NCBI RefSeq assembly: GCF_006345805.1
Contig: NC_043008.1
Coordinates: 70,928,001-70,992,000, forward strand
Direction: 5' to 3'
Origin: Octopus sinensis
Lineage: Eukaryota
DNA length: 64,000 bases
The notes below the pieces were generated by a model, which searched no databases, was not told where the DNA came from, and saw only the letters and a list, made by a program, of their open reading frames with translations. Both the position numbers and the translations under genes were made by a program. This document shows positions 1 to 14,231 of this stretch, piece by piece (the first letter of the stretch is position 1; the number at the start of each line of letters is the position of its first letter).

Positions 1-1062
1 GGTGGAAGTAATCGATTAGAGTGACCCTAATATTTCACTTATGCTTAGTGTATCGAAATGCCACAAATCTATAAGCCAGAATTTACATCGGTCATATTTA
101 AATTTACGATGTAGAACATAACTAAATAGCAAAAGCTATGTTGAATAATGTCCTACCGATTTTAAAATTAGATTAAATTAAATCCTAGTTGATGATTTAA
201 ACAAAATTGTACGAAAATGACTATCCGTTTCCTTGTTTCTGTTATCAAAATGCAGATTAAAGATAAAGTATATATCAATAGAAACCTTAACCTTATGCCC
301 GGTGTCACTGGGTGACGCGGGAGTTCAGAAGTTAGATTGGCAAAGACAGAAACGTGTATCTGGTTACACGGAAAATTACACACACACACACATACACACA
401 CACACACATACACGCACACACATACACATACAAGACGCACACTCACGCAGATGTATATACACATATATATCAATCTACTGAATTATATATATATGTATAT
501 ATATATATATAAATATATATATATATATCATGAATACACACCTGCACACACACATACACACATATATATATATACATGCATATATAATATATATATATAT
601 GTGTGTGTGTGTACATATATATAGATAGATACCAGGGCAACATTTTCCATTTTAAGCCAAAATATGCACCTATTTCAATAAAATTATGAAGGTGACTCTG
701 ATTACTATGCATAAAATGCAAAATATTTAATTTTTTTGTGTATGAGGTAGGCATAATACGCCTCTGCTTTTAACTCTCTGTATTTAAACTACGCATAGTA
801 CTGCTGCAGTTCACATGCTGCGTACACTCCTACGACACCGTTTTTTTTACGTGCTACAAAAGGAGAAGTAAATCTGCCTTCAAATCAGTCGCACACCCGT
901 GTTTCTTTTATTTTTGTATGCCGTCTACCCTGAATAATTACTGACGGTACGTACATACATACATACATACACACATACATATATACATACATACACACGT
1001 ACATACAGGCATACACACACACACACGGACACACACACACACATACATATATATATGAGCTC

Positions 1063-1353
1063 TCTATCGGTTGCGACGACGATGGTCCCTGCTGATACGA
1101 TCAACGGAACAGCTTGCTCGTGAAATTAACGTGCAAGTGGTTGTACACCTCACAAAATGCGTACCCTTAACGTAGTTCCCAGGAAGATTCAGCGTGACAC
1201 AGAGTGTGACAAGGCTGGTCCTTTGAAATACAGGTACTACTCATTTTTGCTAGCTGAGTGAACTGGGGCAATGTGAAAAGGACACAACGCATTGCCGGGA
1301 ATTGAACTTACGATCGTGAACAGAATGCCCTAACCACTAAGCCACGTACCTTC
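1063..1353 (-). mobile_element. tRNA-derived SINE (family B tail, different head and body)
   Basis: Tail gatcaacggaacagcttgctcgtgaaattaacgtgcaagtgg; head TGGCTTAGTGGTTAGGG...AGTTCAATTCCC on the - strand. Confidence 0.75.
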
Positions 1354-1366
1354 ACACACACACATT

Positions 1367-1617
1367 CCTTTATTCTTTTACTTGTTTTAATCATTTTGAC
1401 TGCGGCCCTGCTGGAGCACTCCCTTAAATGGGTTTTGTCTATGAAATAAACCCCATGATTTATTCTTTTTAGTCCTAGTACTTATTCTATCGGTTTCTTT
1501 TGAGCAACCGCTAAGTTACGGCGATGTAAACACACCAACATTGGTTATGAAGCGATGGCGATCGTACAAAAACAGACTGACAGAAATACATTCATAAATA
1601 TTTACACACACACACAC

Positions 1618-1679
<62 letters not shown>

Positions 1680-1824
1680 GCAGGGGTTTCCTTCAGCTCC
1701 CGATGCTTTGGTCGTCTCAAGACTATAGTAAAGACACTCTTGGGCATGTGTCACGTAGTAGGACTGAAATTGGAGTCATTGTGTTTGGGAAGCAACCTTC
1801 TTACCACACAGCCAAGCTGCGCCT
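1367..1824 (-). mobile_element. tRNA-derived SINE family C with internal (CA)n/(TA)n
   Basis: Reverse complement of the 14673-15103 type: head ..GCTGTGTGGTAAG.., tail ..gtgctccagcagggccgcagtcaaaatgattaaaacaagtaaaagaata. Confidence 0.7.
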
Positions 1825-1913
1825 ATATATATATATACATGTATGAATATGTATGTGAATATGTGTGCGAGTATGTGTGTATGTGGTGTATGTGTAATGC
1901 GTATATATTTACC

Positions 1914-1951
<38 letters not shown>

Positions 1952-2645
1952 CACACACATAAACACACACACACACATATATTATGTATATATGAGCGTC
2001 TATATATATGTGTGTATCTATAGATATATTAGTGATGAAAGGGGAGAGAAGTGAATGAAAGTTTGTATTTGTAGCTGGTATGAGAGCTAAGGTCAAGTAC
2101 TTGAACTCAGATTTTACACATTTTAGTGTTTCATCGGTGGTTGTGACGGTAGCGGGGGAAAAAGTGACTTCCCGTACCTTTACCAACGTCAATCTCTCAT
2201 TTGGCAGCAATGCTCAATCACCAAGAGGGCATTTCGCAGATCAACTGAAAATATACACATTCAGGAAAGAGATAATTCTAACCCTTTGAAAGTGTATTAC
2301 ATTAAAGCTAATAAAATTCTCCCATAACATACTAGCGAAAATATTCTTGCTAGTTAATGGGTATAGCCCTGTTTCCCGCAGCCTAGCTTCTGTCTTTAAA
2401 AACATGTAACTACTCTCCTAGTTTTCTAACTATGCTAAGTTTCCGTGGCTTGTGACGTATCTTATGATCAAATCTTATAAAGGCCTTTGCACAATCGTGA
2501 TATATCATATCACACGTAATAAAGATGATTATTCTGTGTGCGAATATATGTATGTATATTCACACATGCACGCACACACACACACACAAACACACAGACA
2601 CAGACACACACACACACACCACACACAGACACACACAGACACACA

Positions 2646-2678
<33 letters not shown>

Positions 2679-3419
2679 CAGAATGTTGGTGAAGCCCTCT
2701 CCTTCTGGCCATTCCTTCCTGTATGTTCCAGTAAGTCAACCATTGGAGGGCCAAGTGTATGTATATGTCTACTTGCGATTGCATATGCACCAATGACAAT
2801 CGGCCAACGGATGGAAACAGTCACTTCATATAGCCACCACGCATTATCCTTTTAAGGAGAAATTACTTGACAAAATCCCAAGGATCTCTAGAAAACTTTG
2901 AGAAGATTTCGCGAGAGAGATACATTTTAAAAGAAAAGATTGTGTCGAGTGCTTGTCAAATTGTTGCCATATTCATCTCTAAGAAATCAATATGTAACCT
3001 ATAAATACAAATAACTCTCAATTATTTACATTTCACTATGTTTTCGTTTGAGCAAACACGTTCAGATAGAATTTTCGATCTGATCTGAATAAGACATTTT
3101 ATGGTGTATAAACAATGAATAAATATACAGAATAATCATAAAGAAATTTCGAAGCTGATTGCACACCTTGGCAAAAATTCCATTTACGGTATTACTCTTC
3201 TGAATTTTCTTCTGTAAAAATACTTCTATCCATTGTTATAGAATCCTCTATTCTCAATGGGTGGAGACTGGGGCTGGGGTAAGATACTTTACAGAATTGT
3301 CATAATTACCAGCTAAACTAATCATACATTTATTTCGGTAACCAGACGCTAAGATCAGGTGAAAACGAAAAATTTCCGTTGATAATAAATAGTCAATGAC
3401 ATCAACGTTAAATATAACA

Positions 3420-3478
<59 letters not shown>

Positions 3479-4319
3479 CTAACACACACAGAAAGATAGA
3501 TATATACACTAATAATTATAGCTAGGCACTGAAAGCTACATACACATAATGCACATAATATATACATAGGAATACTTCTTGCCATTGTGTGTATGTGCAG
3601 GTAAAAGCACATACACTCTCCTTCCCTCTTTCGGTCTGTTTATCTGAGTGTGCGTGCGAGTGTGTGCATGTGTCTGTCTAGTGATCTCGATTCTTGGTTA
3701 TATGTGTGTGTTTGTATGTGTGTGTTTGTATGTGTGTGTATGTATGTGCTATGTGCATGTGTGTGTGGGGGGGGGTGTTGTATGCGTATCTTTTATGTGT
3801 GCATATGTGAAAACTTGCAATATATTCTATAAACCTGTAAAGCTACAAAGACCAAGCAATAAATGTGCAGCAACCAGACACACACAGATAACGTATGCAA
3901 TATATACACACCACCACGACACAGATACATACATTCATACATACATGCATACATGTATACATACATACATACAAGCACACACGCACATTCACGCGCAGTA
4001 TAACACACATTTTCATTATATTAAAACAGCTAAAATGCAACATCGTAATATATAATTTATTGGTGTACATTCATACTGTGCTACTCCTACCACTTATGGG
4101 CGTATGTTTAGAATGTGTCACTAATACAATTTCGTATTGTTTATATGTATTTCACACTTTATACACTCAATATATACATAATACATACACATTATACTTG
4201 CATTATACAGACAAGATACATATATGTATGTATGTATGTATGTATATATATGTATGTATATATGTATATATCTATATATATATATATACATACATATATT
4301 ATATATATATGCACATATG

Positions 4320-4360
<41 letters not shown>

Positions 4361-4819
4361 ATATATATATAAACATTACATACACTGTGGTGTATATTCA
4401 AGCCCTAATAACAACAGATGGTTTCGGAACATGCAATTAAGTGAGATATAGACAATTCATATCTTCTCAGCTAGCTACATTTCATTTTGTCTCTGTCTAA
4501 AATATTGTATTCTCAAATAGAAGAGTCCATCAAACAGCCCACAGGCAGAAAATGGTAAGATAGTAAGAGAAGCATCCTGGTATTTTCGACAGAGCTATTT
4601 TGTTTGTTGTTGTTGTTGTTTGTTGTTGTTGTTGTTGTTGTTGTTGTTGCTAAAATAAATACAAGTCAGAAGTATAACCAGTTGAAGCGCACTCACGGTC
4701 AAACCTCTATTCTCTTGTGTTTTATATTATCAATATGCGCTTTCTTATTTAATTTATGTGGCTGATGATTTGAGGGACATGGGGTCGTGAACGTGAAATG
4801 GATCATACATTGGTTCCTA

Positions 4820-4885
<66 letters not shown>

Positions 4886-5642
4886 CCATTCTGTCTGTTT
4901 ATCTGTCTATCTATATATCTGTCTGTCTTTCTATTTTGTCTTTGTATATCTACCTATCTTACTATACCTATATACACATTTATAATGTATGTACGCTCGG
5001 GTGTGTGTGAGTACCCGTATACGCGCATGTGTGAAGGAAACAGTGGTAGAAAAAGAAAAACATACAGTTTTAAACACACACGAAAAAAAGATTTTTTTGA
5101 TTGAACCAACTACATTTCTTTTCTCCATGACCAGTGAGGAGGTTAATCTGGTTACTGTCAGTACATTTTTACAGTTTCATTAGGGGTTGTTTACATATTT
5201 ATATAAAATTTATCGTGATAGATTAAATGAAGATGGAAGGAGCAGCTTAGAAGTCATTTGTACACATGCGCTATTACCACCACTAGCTGGAATATCTATT
5301 GTGGTTAACATTTTGCATTATTCTACCTTGTGTCTGCACTTGTTATAAAATCACAGCCAATAAGTTTACCTTAAATCTCTCTCTCCTTAAATCTCTGTCA
5401 CTCTCGGTTATATGTGTGTGTATATATATATATGTGTGTGGGTGTGTGCGTGTGTATACAATGTTGAATTTAAAAATAACAAAAATGGTCAAAAGTGACG
5501 TGGGTGTGTTCATGGATATAACATATAAATTCATGCATACTTATAAATGAATATGTGAGTATGTGTATATGTGTGTAGGCTGAGATTAGGCTACTTAACA
5601 CGACTTATATATATATATGCAACAAGGATATCCCCAGGTAAT

Positions 5643-5727
5643 GCAATACGATCGTTTCATGCAACTCCATTTAATTGAACAACGCAATCATTACATCAAT
5701 TTAAAGTCCAGAGCAATCTTCAGCTGC
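5643..5727 (-). ncRNA. Type I hammerhead ribozyme motif with extended stem II
   Basis: The minus strand reads GCAG-CTGAAGA-TTGC[~50 nt]GCAT-GAA-ACGATCGT-A-TTGC. It has a canonical core, a self-complementary stem III (ACGATCGT), a GUA cleavage triplet and stem I GCAG/TTGC. Confidence 0.6.
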
Positions 5728-5821
5728 ACAAAGACATAGAATTTAATTAAATTAGAACATATGGACACATTTGAACAGATGGACACACCTGTTCTAATTT
5801 AATTAAATTCTATATCTTTGT

Positions 5822-5906
5822 GATGCTGAAGATTGCTCTGCATTTTAAATTGATGTAATGATTGCATTGTTCAATTAAATGGAGTTGCATGAAACGATTG
5901 TACTGC
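5822..5906 (+). ncRNA. Type I hammerhead ribozyme motif with extended stem II (mirror copy, stem I partly decayed)
   Basis: CTGAAGA 5826-5832, GAAA 5891-5894, GTA 5900-5902, CTGC 5903-5906. The 5' stem I strand reads GATG rather than GCAG. Confidence 0.5.
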
Positions 5907-6058
5907 ATTGCCTCTGGATATTCTTGTTGCTTGTTTTGATTTTAATCACCTTACTTTGAAATTGTATAGATAATACCGTACTAAATTCTGGTGCCTCAAC
6001 TTAAGTACCATATTCATCTGAATCTAAATTTTTGCTGAACTCATCTACCAGACCCAAA

Positions 6059-6105
<47 letters not shown>

Positions 6106-6311
6106 CGTGTACGTTAGCCTAATCTCAGCCTACACACATGTAGACATACACACGTATACATTTATAAGTATGTATGAATTTATGTTTTAGTCATGAACAC
6201 ACACACTTTTCATCATTATTGTGATTTTCAAACTCTGCGTAATATTCTCCAACAACGAATGTAAGCTGAGTGACAACAGATCATCAGGGAACGCGCTCTG
6301 GCATTATGTTA

Positions 6312-6368
<57 letters not shown>

Positions 6369-7496
6369 TTATATGCATGCATATATAATATATATATACA
6401 TAGTTACATAAATATATTCATATATACTAGGCATTTTAAACACACACATACATAGAATATATACTGAAAAGTGAGAGATAATAACAAAAAAGTAACGCAA
6501 AACAGACAATATTCAGATATAATCACAATAGTATTAACTTCATATTTCACGCAATCAAAACAGAAATTACTGTGTTATCAAGAAGTACAATTAGCCGCCA
6601 GGTGGTGCTTTAAACTCGACTGTTATACATTTATCTAGGTCTCACATTCAAACGAAATAACACATACCACTAATTCTCTACTGATTTTTCTCTCCGGCTC
6701 AGAACTCATATTCCAATAATTACTAATAACATAAGGGAGGACGATGTAATCGACAAAGTAATTTTGAATGCAATGCTGTAGCCTGGCCTCACTCTGATAA
6801 TTGACAGCAATACAAGACGGATATTTCCATTACGCAGCAGATTGGCAGAAATTTTGGAGTGCCAGACATTCTGTCTTTCAGAATTGAGTTAAATCTCTTT
6901 ACGTTCTGACTAGAAATTCCCCTGAGAGTGACTTTACATTTCAGCCCTCTGAGATCGATGAAATAGTTACAACATATGTGCTGATATCCGATCAATAGTA
7001 TATACTCATATCATATATTTTGGCTATATGACAATATAAATTAAGACATAAATACAAACAATATGAATCCGTTTTATACAAAGGTTCTGTCATTTATATT
7101 TGGTTTTCAGTTTGTATGGTAACGCCTGTTGTTCTTTATTTCATTGGCAACATTGCAGTTTCTACAAATATAGAATATTTCAACGTCACAGATTTGTAAA
7201 GACTCAAATACATATCTAAGTCGTAGATTTTGCAATACGTGGAACCCTAATAACACACTCCACACATAGATATGTACATATGCACGTACGTACGAACGTA
7301 TGTATGCATATGCATATATATATATATATATGTGTATGTATGTATGTATGTATGTATGTATGTATGTACGTATGTATGTATGTATGTGTGTATATATACA
7401 CACAAAAAAGCATATGTTTATATACATCTATATTTAAACTTACATAGACCCACATACAGATATACTTAAATGAATATATATGTGTGTGCATGTACT

Positions 7497-7818
7497 GGAA
7501 CTCCGTCGGTTACGACGACGATGGTTCCAGTTGATCCAATCAACGGAACAACCCTGTCTTGAAATTAATGTATTAGTGACTGAGCACGACACAGATACGC
7601 GTACCCCTAACGTAGTTCTCAGGGAGATTCCTCGTGACTCAGATTGTGACAAGGCCGGGGTTTGAAATACCAGTACACCTCAACTATACCAGCTGATTTG
7701 ATTGGAACGACATGAAATAAAATGTCTTGCTCTTAGATGCAACGCCCCACCGGCAATTGAGCTCATGACATTACGAGCGTGAACCTAGTACCTTAATCAC
7801 TACGTCACGTGCTTTCAC
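7497..7818 (-). mobile_element. tRNA-derived SINE (family B tail), decayed
   Basis: Same tail and body blocks as 1063-1353. Confidence 0.7.
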
Positions 7819-8324
7819 ATGCATACTCACACAGAAATTTATACACAAATATATGCACACAGGTATATTTGTGTGCGTTCTTTTACATTTTCCTGGCATT
7901 GCGCACAAACACTCTTTACTTCTTGCCAGGCGGATTACAACATCCGCATGTCCCAGATTGCTAATTGTCTACTCTCTCTTTCACGCCTAACTCTATCTTG
8001 CTTAAGTCTTATTGTTTAGCAATCTTTCAAAGTCTCATTCGTCACAATAAACTACTTTCTATCTTTCTTTCAGCTTTTCTTGTATAAAGATATCGTATGA
8101 GAACTAAAAGCTCGGGCTAACACCTTTCTGTCATCGAGGTCTTTTGACTTTGTTAATCTTCGTAATGAAAGAGCTTTCTATGAACGATGAAGTGTAAGTA
8201 CACCACTCTTTGCTATTTGTCGCCCTTCTATGAACTAATTTATACCGTTTATAATTCCCAGATCAGTGTTGCTCACATGACAAATAAAGACAAAAGTCCT
8301 TTAATCATTTCACATTTATTTTTT

Positions 8325-8730
8325 GTCTAATTGTTTTAATCATTAGACTGCGACTAAGCTGGTTCACCACCGTGAAGGTTTTCGCCGAACAAATTATCAC
8401 TATTCTTTCTATATTTTATCTAAACCTGGCACTTATTCTATCGTTCAGCTTGCTTACGTTTGCTTACGTTTGCTTACGCTTGCTTACGTTTATGGGGATG
8501 TAAATAAATCAAGGCCAATCGACAAGCAATGGTGGAGGGAAAAGATACACACATGTATATATACATATGTCTATATATATACGAGTTTCCACCAACCAGA
8601 TCCACCCTCAAAGCTTTCATTTGTCTGTGGCATTAATAGAAGGGACTTGCCAAAGATGCCAAGCAATGGGACTGAACTTTGAATAAAGTAGTTGGAAACA
8701 AATTCTTTACCACACACCCACGCTTGTGCC
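8325..8730 (-). mobile_element. SINE family C, strongly decayed
   Basis: Tail and head blocks are recognisable in reverse orientation; contains an internal (TTGCTTACG)x4 micro-array. Confidence 0.5.
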
Positions 8731-9378
8731 TAATATACTAAACGTCCATCTTCTTTTAACCTTGTTTTGTCTCAAAGAAACTGAAAAAGAATTACAATAT
8801 GTACGCAATTCACTTCATATGTTGCTTGTCAATTGAAATCTGGTGTAGATTAAGTTATGTTACGTAACTATTAATACGTAGTTATCTTTATTATCCATCA
8901 CAATTATTAAACCGATTAAGTAACTTCTGAATCAAACAAAAATACGTAACCAGCGAAAGTTCGTATCTTTATAGAATCAGCTAAAAATTAAAATAAGAAT
9001 AAAATATAAAAATATTCCAAAAATATAAAAAGATAAGAAAAATGTGTAGTGAAAAAAAGGAAAGATAGAAAGCGAGAATGTGTTGGCCTCTTTAGAAAAT
9101 TGACTCTTTTACTGAAGAAATACTTGTATTGGAGTAAATCTATATGAAGATTGCTTTCTCTAAGTCGCACTAATAGCCATTTTATGTAATTACCGAAATA
9201 TTCTGATGCCAGATAGGATTTGATTATTGATTAAATCTTTGCTTAAAATGTTGTGTAGACAACTTTAATTATTTACTATTCCCACCGAAAAAAATCAATC
9301 GTTTTCTTTGTTTTGTTGTGTTTTCTCTTATCATTTCTTTTTTTCATTTTCTTTAGTAGTTTTGTATTTTTCATTGTG

Positions 9379-9420
<42 letters not shown>

Positions 9421-9651
9421 CACATATATATATACATATATATATAAAACTAGTTATTATTATTATTATTGTTGTTGTTGTTATATTTCCTTCGGTGTTT
9501 TTGTTTGGACGTTTTTTCTTGTCTTTTTCATCTATTCTCCAGTGTATGTATCATGGTTGCTGGCAATTATATCAGACATTTCTTGGCTCAATGTCTGAAA
9601 AATATTTCAAGAAACACCAATTTATTGCGACTTTTTTTTTGATTTAATAGA

Positions 9652-9716
<65 letters not shown>

Positions 9717-9757
9717 CATGCATACGTACATACATACTTTCATACATACATACATAT

Positions 9758-9788
<31 letters not shown>

Positions 9789-9875
9789 CATACATATATA
9801 CATACATACATATATACATACATATCTATATATATATAATGTATATATATATATATATGTTATATATGTATACAA

Positions 9876-9912
<37 letters not shown>

Positions 9913-9947
9913 ATATGTATGTGTGTGTGCATATATATATAAGTATG

Positions 9948-9988
<41 letters not shown>

Positions 9989-10413
9989 TTATTCCATAAT
10001 CTCACACCCTGCTGAAGTAGAGAAAATGACTTTTTTATATTTAAAAATATAATAATAATAGTAATAATAATAATCATGATGATTATGATGATGATGATGA
10101 TAGATAATGATAATAGCGCAAAAGCTCAAAGCAGAAAAGCCTGCAAGATTTGTCAAAAATATCTTTAACTTTGTGTTACTTTCTGTCGAATTTTCTATTT
10201 TTCTAATTTACTTCTGATACGATTCAAACTTGATATACCTAATCTACCCACCGTTTTATTATCCGTTCAATTCTTAAACCAGTTTATTATATGACCTTAC
10301 TGTTCTAAAATTATCAACAAGTTATCCGTTCATCTATCAATCAATCATCTATCTATCTATCTAGCTAGCTGGCTACCTGTACAAACTCCATGCGTGTTTG
10401 TGTGTGTGTATAA

Positions 10414-10479
<66 letters not shown>

Positions 10480-10491
10480 GTATATAAAAGT

Positions 10492-11411
10492 AATGAAGGT
10501 GACTTGACGCAATATACAACCGAATAGGAAAATTTCGGTTATTTCTAATAGTGACTGACTGTGCGGGGTAGCACCTCATATAGCTAGAAACAAGTGTCAA
10601 AGACCTTTATACCCGAAATTGTTGATAGGGTTTATAAAGATACACCGAGCATGGTAACCATACTAGCTCGCTAGTTTTGCTTAAGGTTAAGTTAAATCTC
10701 ATCTGTTCGTATGTAATACTAGCAGTATCACCCGGCGTTGTTCGGGTTTGTAAGGGAAATAACTATATAAGCATTTTTAGAGAGTTACTTCCCTTATAGA
10801 TGCCAATTCGGGCTTTCTTAGCCATTTCTGTTTTGGTGTCTTCAAGCCATGAAGTCGTTGTTCTAAAAGAACGCTGGTCTCCTTGACAACGCTTTACGAC
10901 GTTGATTTCCTTACACTCCCTTCCCCACAGCTTCACGAGGGAGGATAGAAGGGGGAGAAGCAAACAGGTGCAGGTGTGACCATGGACGCCAACTCCGCCG
11001 CCATCGACACACGAAAAATTATACATTAAAATGGAATAAAAAATGATGTTAAATAATTTTTAAAATCGTAGACTCATCGTAGACGCGCGCTAGTAGCCAG
11101 ACAGGCTCGATGTTAATCACGACTATAAGATACCCGAATTTGGTTAAACTGCACCGCAAAATGTGGGAGTAGTTAGGAATCTAAATCGAAGGGGACAGAC
11201 ACTCACACAACTACAGTTTTATATATATAGATTTCCTATATGAATCAAAGGCTGATTCAGTCAAATGGTAATTTGGAAGTTACAAAATAATGAAGGCGGC
11301 TACACGCAATATAATACCGAAAAGGAAAGTTTCATTTGTCACTAATAGTGGACTGTAGGTGCAGGATAGCACCTACATTGCTAGAAACAAGAATCAATTA
11401 CCCTTATAACC
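10492..11411 (+). repeat. Diverged direct repeat pair (10492-10614 / 11288-11411) flanking the Helitron
   Basis: taatgaagg..acgcaatata..ccgaa.aggaaa..ctaatagtg..tagcacct..gctagaaacaag are shared in order. Confidence 0.65.
10719..11231 (-). mobile_element. Complete non-autonomous Helitron (513 bp)
   Basis: On the - strand it starts 5'-TC (11231-11230) and ends CTAG-3' (10722-10719). A GC-rich hairpin ACCCG..CGGGT (10730-10747) lies ~8 nt before the end. It is inserted between A and T with no target duplication. These are the canonical Helitron termini. Confidence 0.8.
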
Positions 11412-11771
11412 GCGTATACATATATACATACATACATACATAAACCTTTATGCATATATATGTACGCATATGAATGTGTATGTGTACTTTTTTGTGTTAT
11501 TATACATGTAAGCATTTTTTTGCTTACATGTTTGTGCATGAGTACGTCCGTGGATATGTGATAGTGTTTATATATGCGTGCAAGTCTGTTTTGGTATGTA
11601 CAGACAAGGGATATTGTCTGCAGTTGTGCGTACACAATCGTGAGTTGTTTTATATGCATTTCTGAATGAAATGAAGTGGATATCAGCCGTATTTGAATAT
11701 ATTTTCAGGTGACTGTCTGGTATAAGATTGTTTGATATATATGACACACACGCACGCACACACATACATGT

Positions 11772-11810
<39 letters not shown>

Positions 11811-12210
11811 TACATGTAGTGATAGGTATGATATACATAAATTGAATATCGAGAAGAAAAGTCTTTTTATTTCTTCATTATTATTGGCGCTCTCGACCCT
11901 TTATAGAGTCCTTTTCGATCCTTTATCAAATATAATTTTGTGAATATACAAACAGCTTGTTCACTTACATAAAACAGATGTGTTTTGCGGGGCTTTGTTT
12001 ATAAGACAACATTGTTTATGTTTTTGGGCGGTGAGGTTCCTTGACAATAGAGATGGCTAGATAGAAATATAGGTAGGTAGATAAGCTGATAGATAGACAG
12101 TTAGACAGATAGACAGATAGGTAGATAGAGAGAAAGAAGGAGTATCCCATTCCTATTAACCATTTATTTATTTATTTATTTATGTATTAATTAATTAATT
12201 AATTTGTTTG

Positions 12211-13030
12211 TTTAGTCCTTTACCATTGTATTGGAATAGGTTTAAGGATTGTATCCTCTACAAAAAAGAAAACAGGCGCAGTTTGGTCATCACTGAAAGT
12301 GATTTTGCATTCTTTCTCTCTTCCCCTTTTACCTTCTTTTTTCCCTCTTTCTTTCTTTTTCTCTTCTTTGAGTTATATTTAGAATGCAAAATGGACTATC
12401 ACCCATACCAGATAATCAATTTTGATATATATGACTGGTGTAAAAGTACACACTGACACACACACACGCACGCACACACACATATAATACAAGTATATAT
12501 ATGTATGTGTGTGTGTGTTGTGTGTATAGAGTGTTAGGTGTTATGTACAGACAAGTGGAATTACGCAAGATTCTATTAAGTAAGCATCTGGAAATATGCA
12601 GTGACGGAAAATTAAAAAATTTTCCCTTTTACGATTTATCCCTTGACAATCCGCAATACCTAAAAGCAATGAAACTACATTTCATGAAGAAATTCTCTCC
12701 AAAATTGAATGTTTGAAAGAAAAGCGGAGGCAGTACATTTTGTAAGTGTTATACTAATGTACTCTAATGCAAAGTCATGAAGTTGAAAGGGGAGTAATCG
12801 AAGTCTGGTAGGGGAGACAGTACATTTTGCATTCTAATTACACATCTAAAAAGACAAAGAGAAAGAGGGTAAAAAGAAGGAAAAACGGGAAGAGAGAAAG
12901 AATGCAAAGTGACTTTCATTGATGATCAAACCGCACCTGTTTTTTTTTTAAGAGGTCACCACTCTTAAACCCATTCCAATACAATAGTAAAGGACGATAT
13001 AAATAACTAGTAAAGGACTAAATAAATAAA
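12211..13030. repeat. Long imperfect inverted repeat (arms ~12211-12412 and ~12804-13030)
   Basis: gtcctttaccattgtattggaat..., ttgcattctttctctcttccc and ttagaatgcaaaatg blocks match in reverse complement. Confidence 0.75.
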
Positions 13031-13244
13031 TGAATAGTGAATAGGAAGGGGGATACCCCTTCTCTCACTCCCTCTATGTATCTGTCTATCTGCACGGTTA
13101 TCTATGTATCTATGTATGTATGTCTTTATGCATGTATGTATGTATGTATGTATGTATGTATGTATGTATGTATGTATGTATGTATCTGTCTATCTATCTA
13201 TCTATCTGTCTATCTGTCTGTCTGTCTATCTGTCTGTCTGTCGG

Positions 13245-13325
<81 letters not shown>

Positions 13326-13349
13326 GTATCTATGTATCTATCTATCAGC

Positions 13350-13547
13350 CTATCTACCTACCTAGTGAGAATTTACAAAAAACAAAGGACGAAGACGGGT
13401 GTGTAAACAAGAAATAGATGTATTAGTTTAACGCTCGGGAAGTGAAAAAAAAACCTTTTATGTTCCTAGCCTACGCTCTTCGACAGAAAGGAACGCAGAA
13501 ATAAACAGGAAGTGAACACAGAAAAAGGTATAGTGGCTAACGATCTA
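13350..13547 (-). mobile_element. Family 3 repeat with decayed hammerhead-like motif (13455-13490)
   Basis: Shares atagatcgttagccacta, cctttctgtNgaagagcgtaggct and ctaatacatct blocks with 28512-28690. Confidence 0.5.
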
Positions 13548-14231
13548 TCATGGCGAATGCCGGACGGAAGGGTCACACAGGAGAGATATGAAGAAGGGGA
13601 GATAATAAAGTAGTGCTGATCTCAAAACGAGGGTCCGCGTGCGTATGTATGTGCGTGCGTGTGCATGGGGCCTGGTGACATTGATGTGTGCGTGGGTGCA
13701 TGTGTAGGTGTGTGGATGATGGTTTAGGTGCTGGGAAGTGGTCAGTGCTAATTTGTGCGGGGTGATGTGATGTGGTGTGTGGGTGGTGGTGTGGTGGTGT
13801 GTGGCGTGGGTGTGTGTGGAGTGGTGGTGTGTGGTGCGGTGGTGGTGTGGTGGTGTTGGGGTGTAGGGGAGGCGAGAGAGGGGAAGCAAGAGTGGGGTCT
13901 GAGGGATGGGATCTATAAGGATGGTGGTGTTGGAATATATAGGTGTGGGGTAACGAGGGAGGGGTGACGATAAAGGGAGAGGGTGGAAGGGAGAAGGTGG
14001 GCAGGAGTGAAGAGAGGAAGTAGGTGCCAGAGCAAGAGAGGAGAGGTGGGTGGGAGGAAGTAGGTGTGTGAGGAAGAGAGGAGGGTTAGATGAAGAGGGG
14101 AGGGGAGTTGAGCCCATTTGTCGCAAAGGAGCGAAGGGAGAAGATTAATCTCTGCTCACGGCGAAGACGTGAGTCCCGATGGCCCCTGTGCAAAGACAAT
14201 CCAAACACAGACAGGTGTTGTAAAGTGGTGA

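Larger units (their letters stand above)
5619..6060. mobile_element. Foldback element with hammerhead motifs (Penelope-like pLTR/retrozyme type): inverted arms 5619-5759 and 5790-5930 plus a one-sided extension to ~6060, between (TA)n tracts
   Basis: The ~140-bp arms are reverse complements with scattered mismatches around a 30-bp spacer. (TA)n lies at ~5607-5618 and ~6060-6100. Each arm has CTGAAGA...GAAA-CGAT(C/T)GT-A. Confidence 0.7.

Noticed and set aside
2178-2244. Minus-strand exon-like block (DLRNALLVIEHCCQMRD*)
   Set aside because: It has stops in all frames and could not be linked reliably to other candidate exons.
9565-9615. tcagacatt/aatgtctga hairpin followed by CTGAAAA...GAAAC
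   Set aside because: Pairing extends only ~9 bp and the core and stems are incomplete; could be chance.
10006-10011. 6-nt minus-strand microexon (cag|CAGGGT|gtgag)
   Set aside because: Splice-like signals this short arise by chance, and there is no independent support.
13975-14001. G-quadruplex-compatible G3 run pattern
   Set aside because: It lies in low-complexity purine-rich sequence next to an assembly gap, where such motifs are expected by chance.
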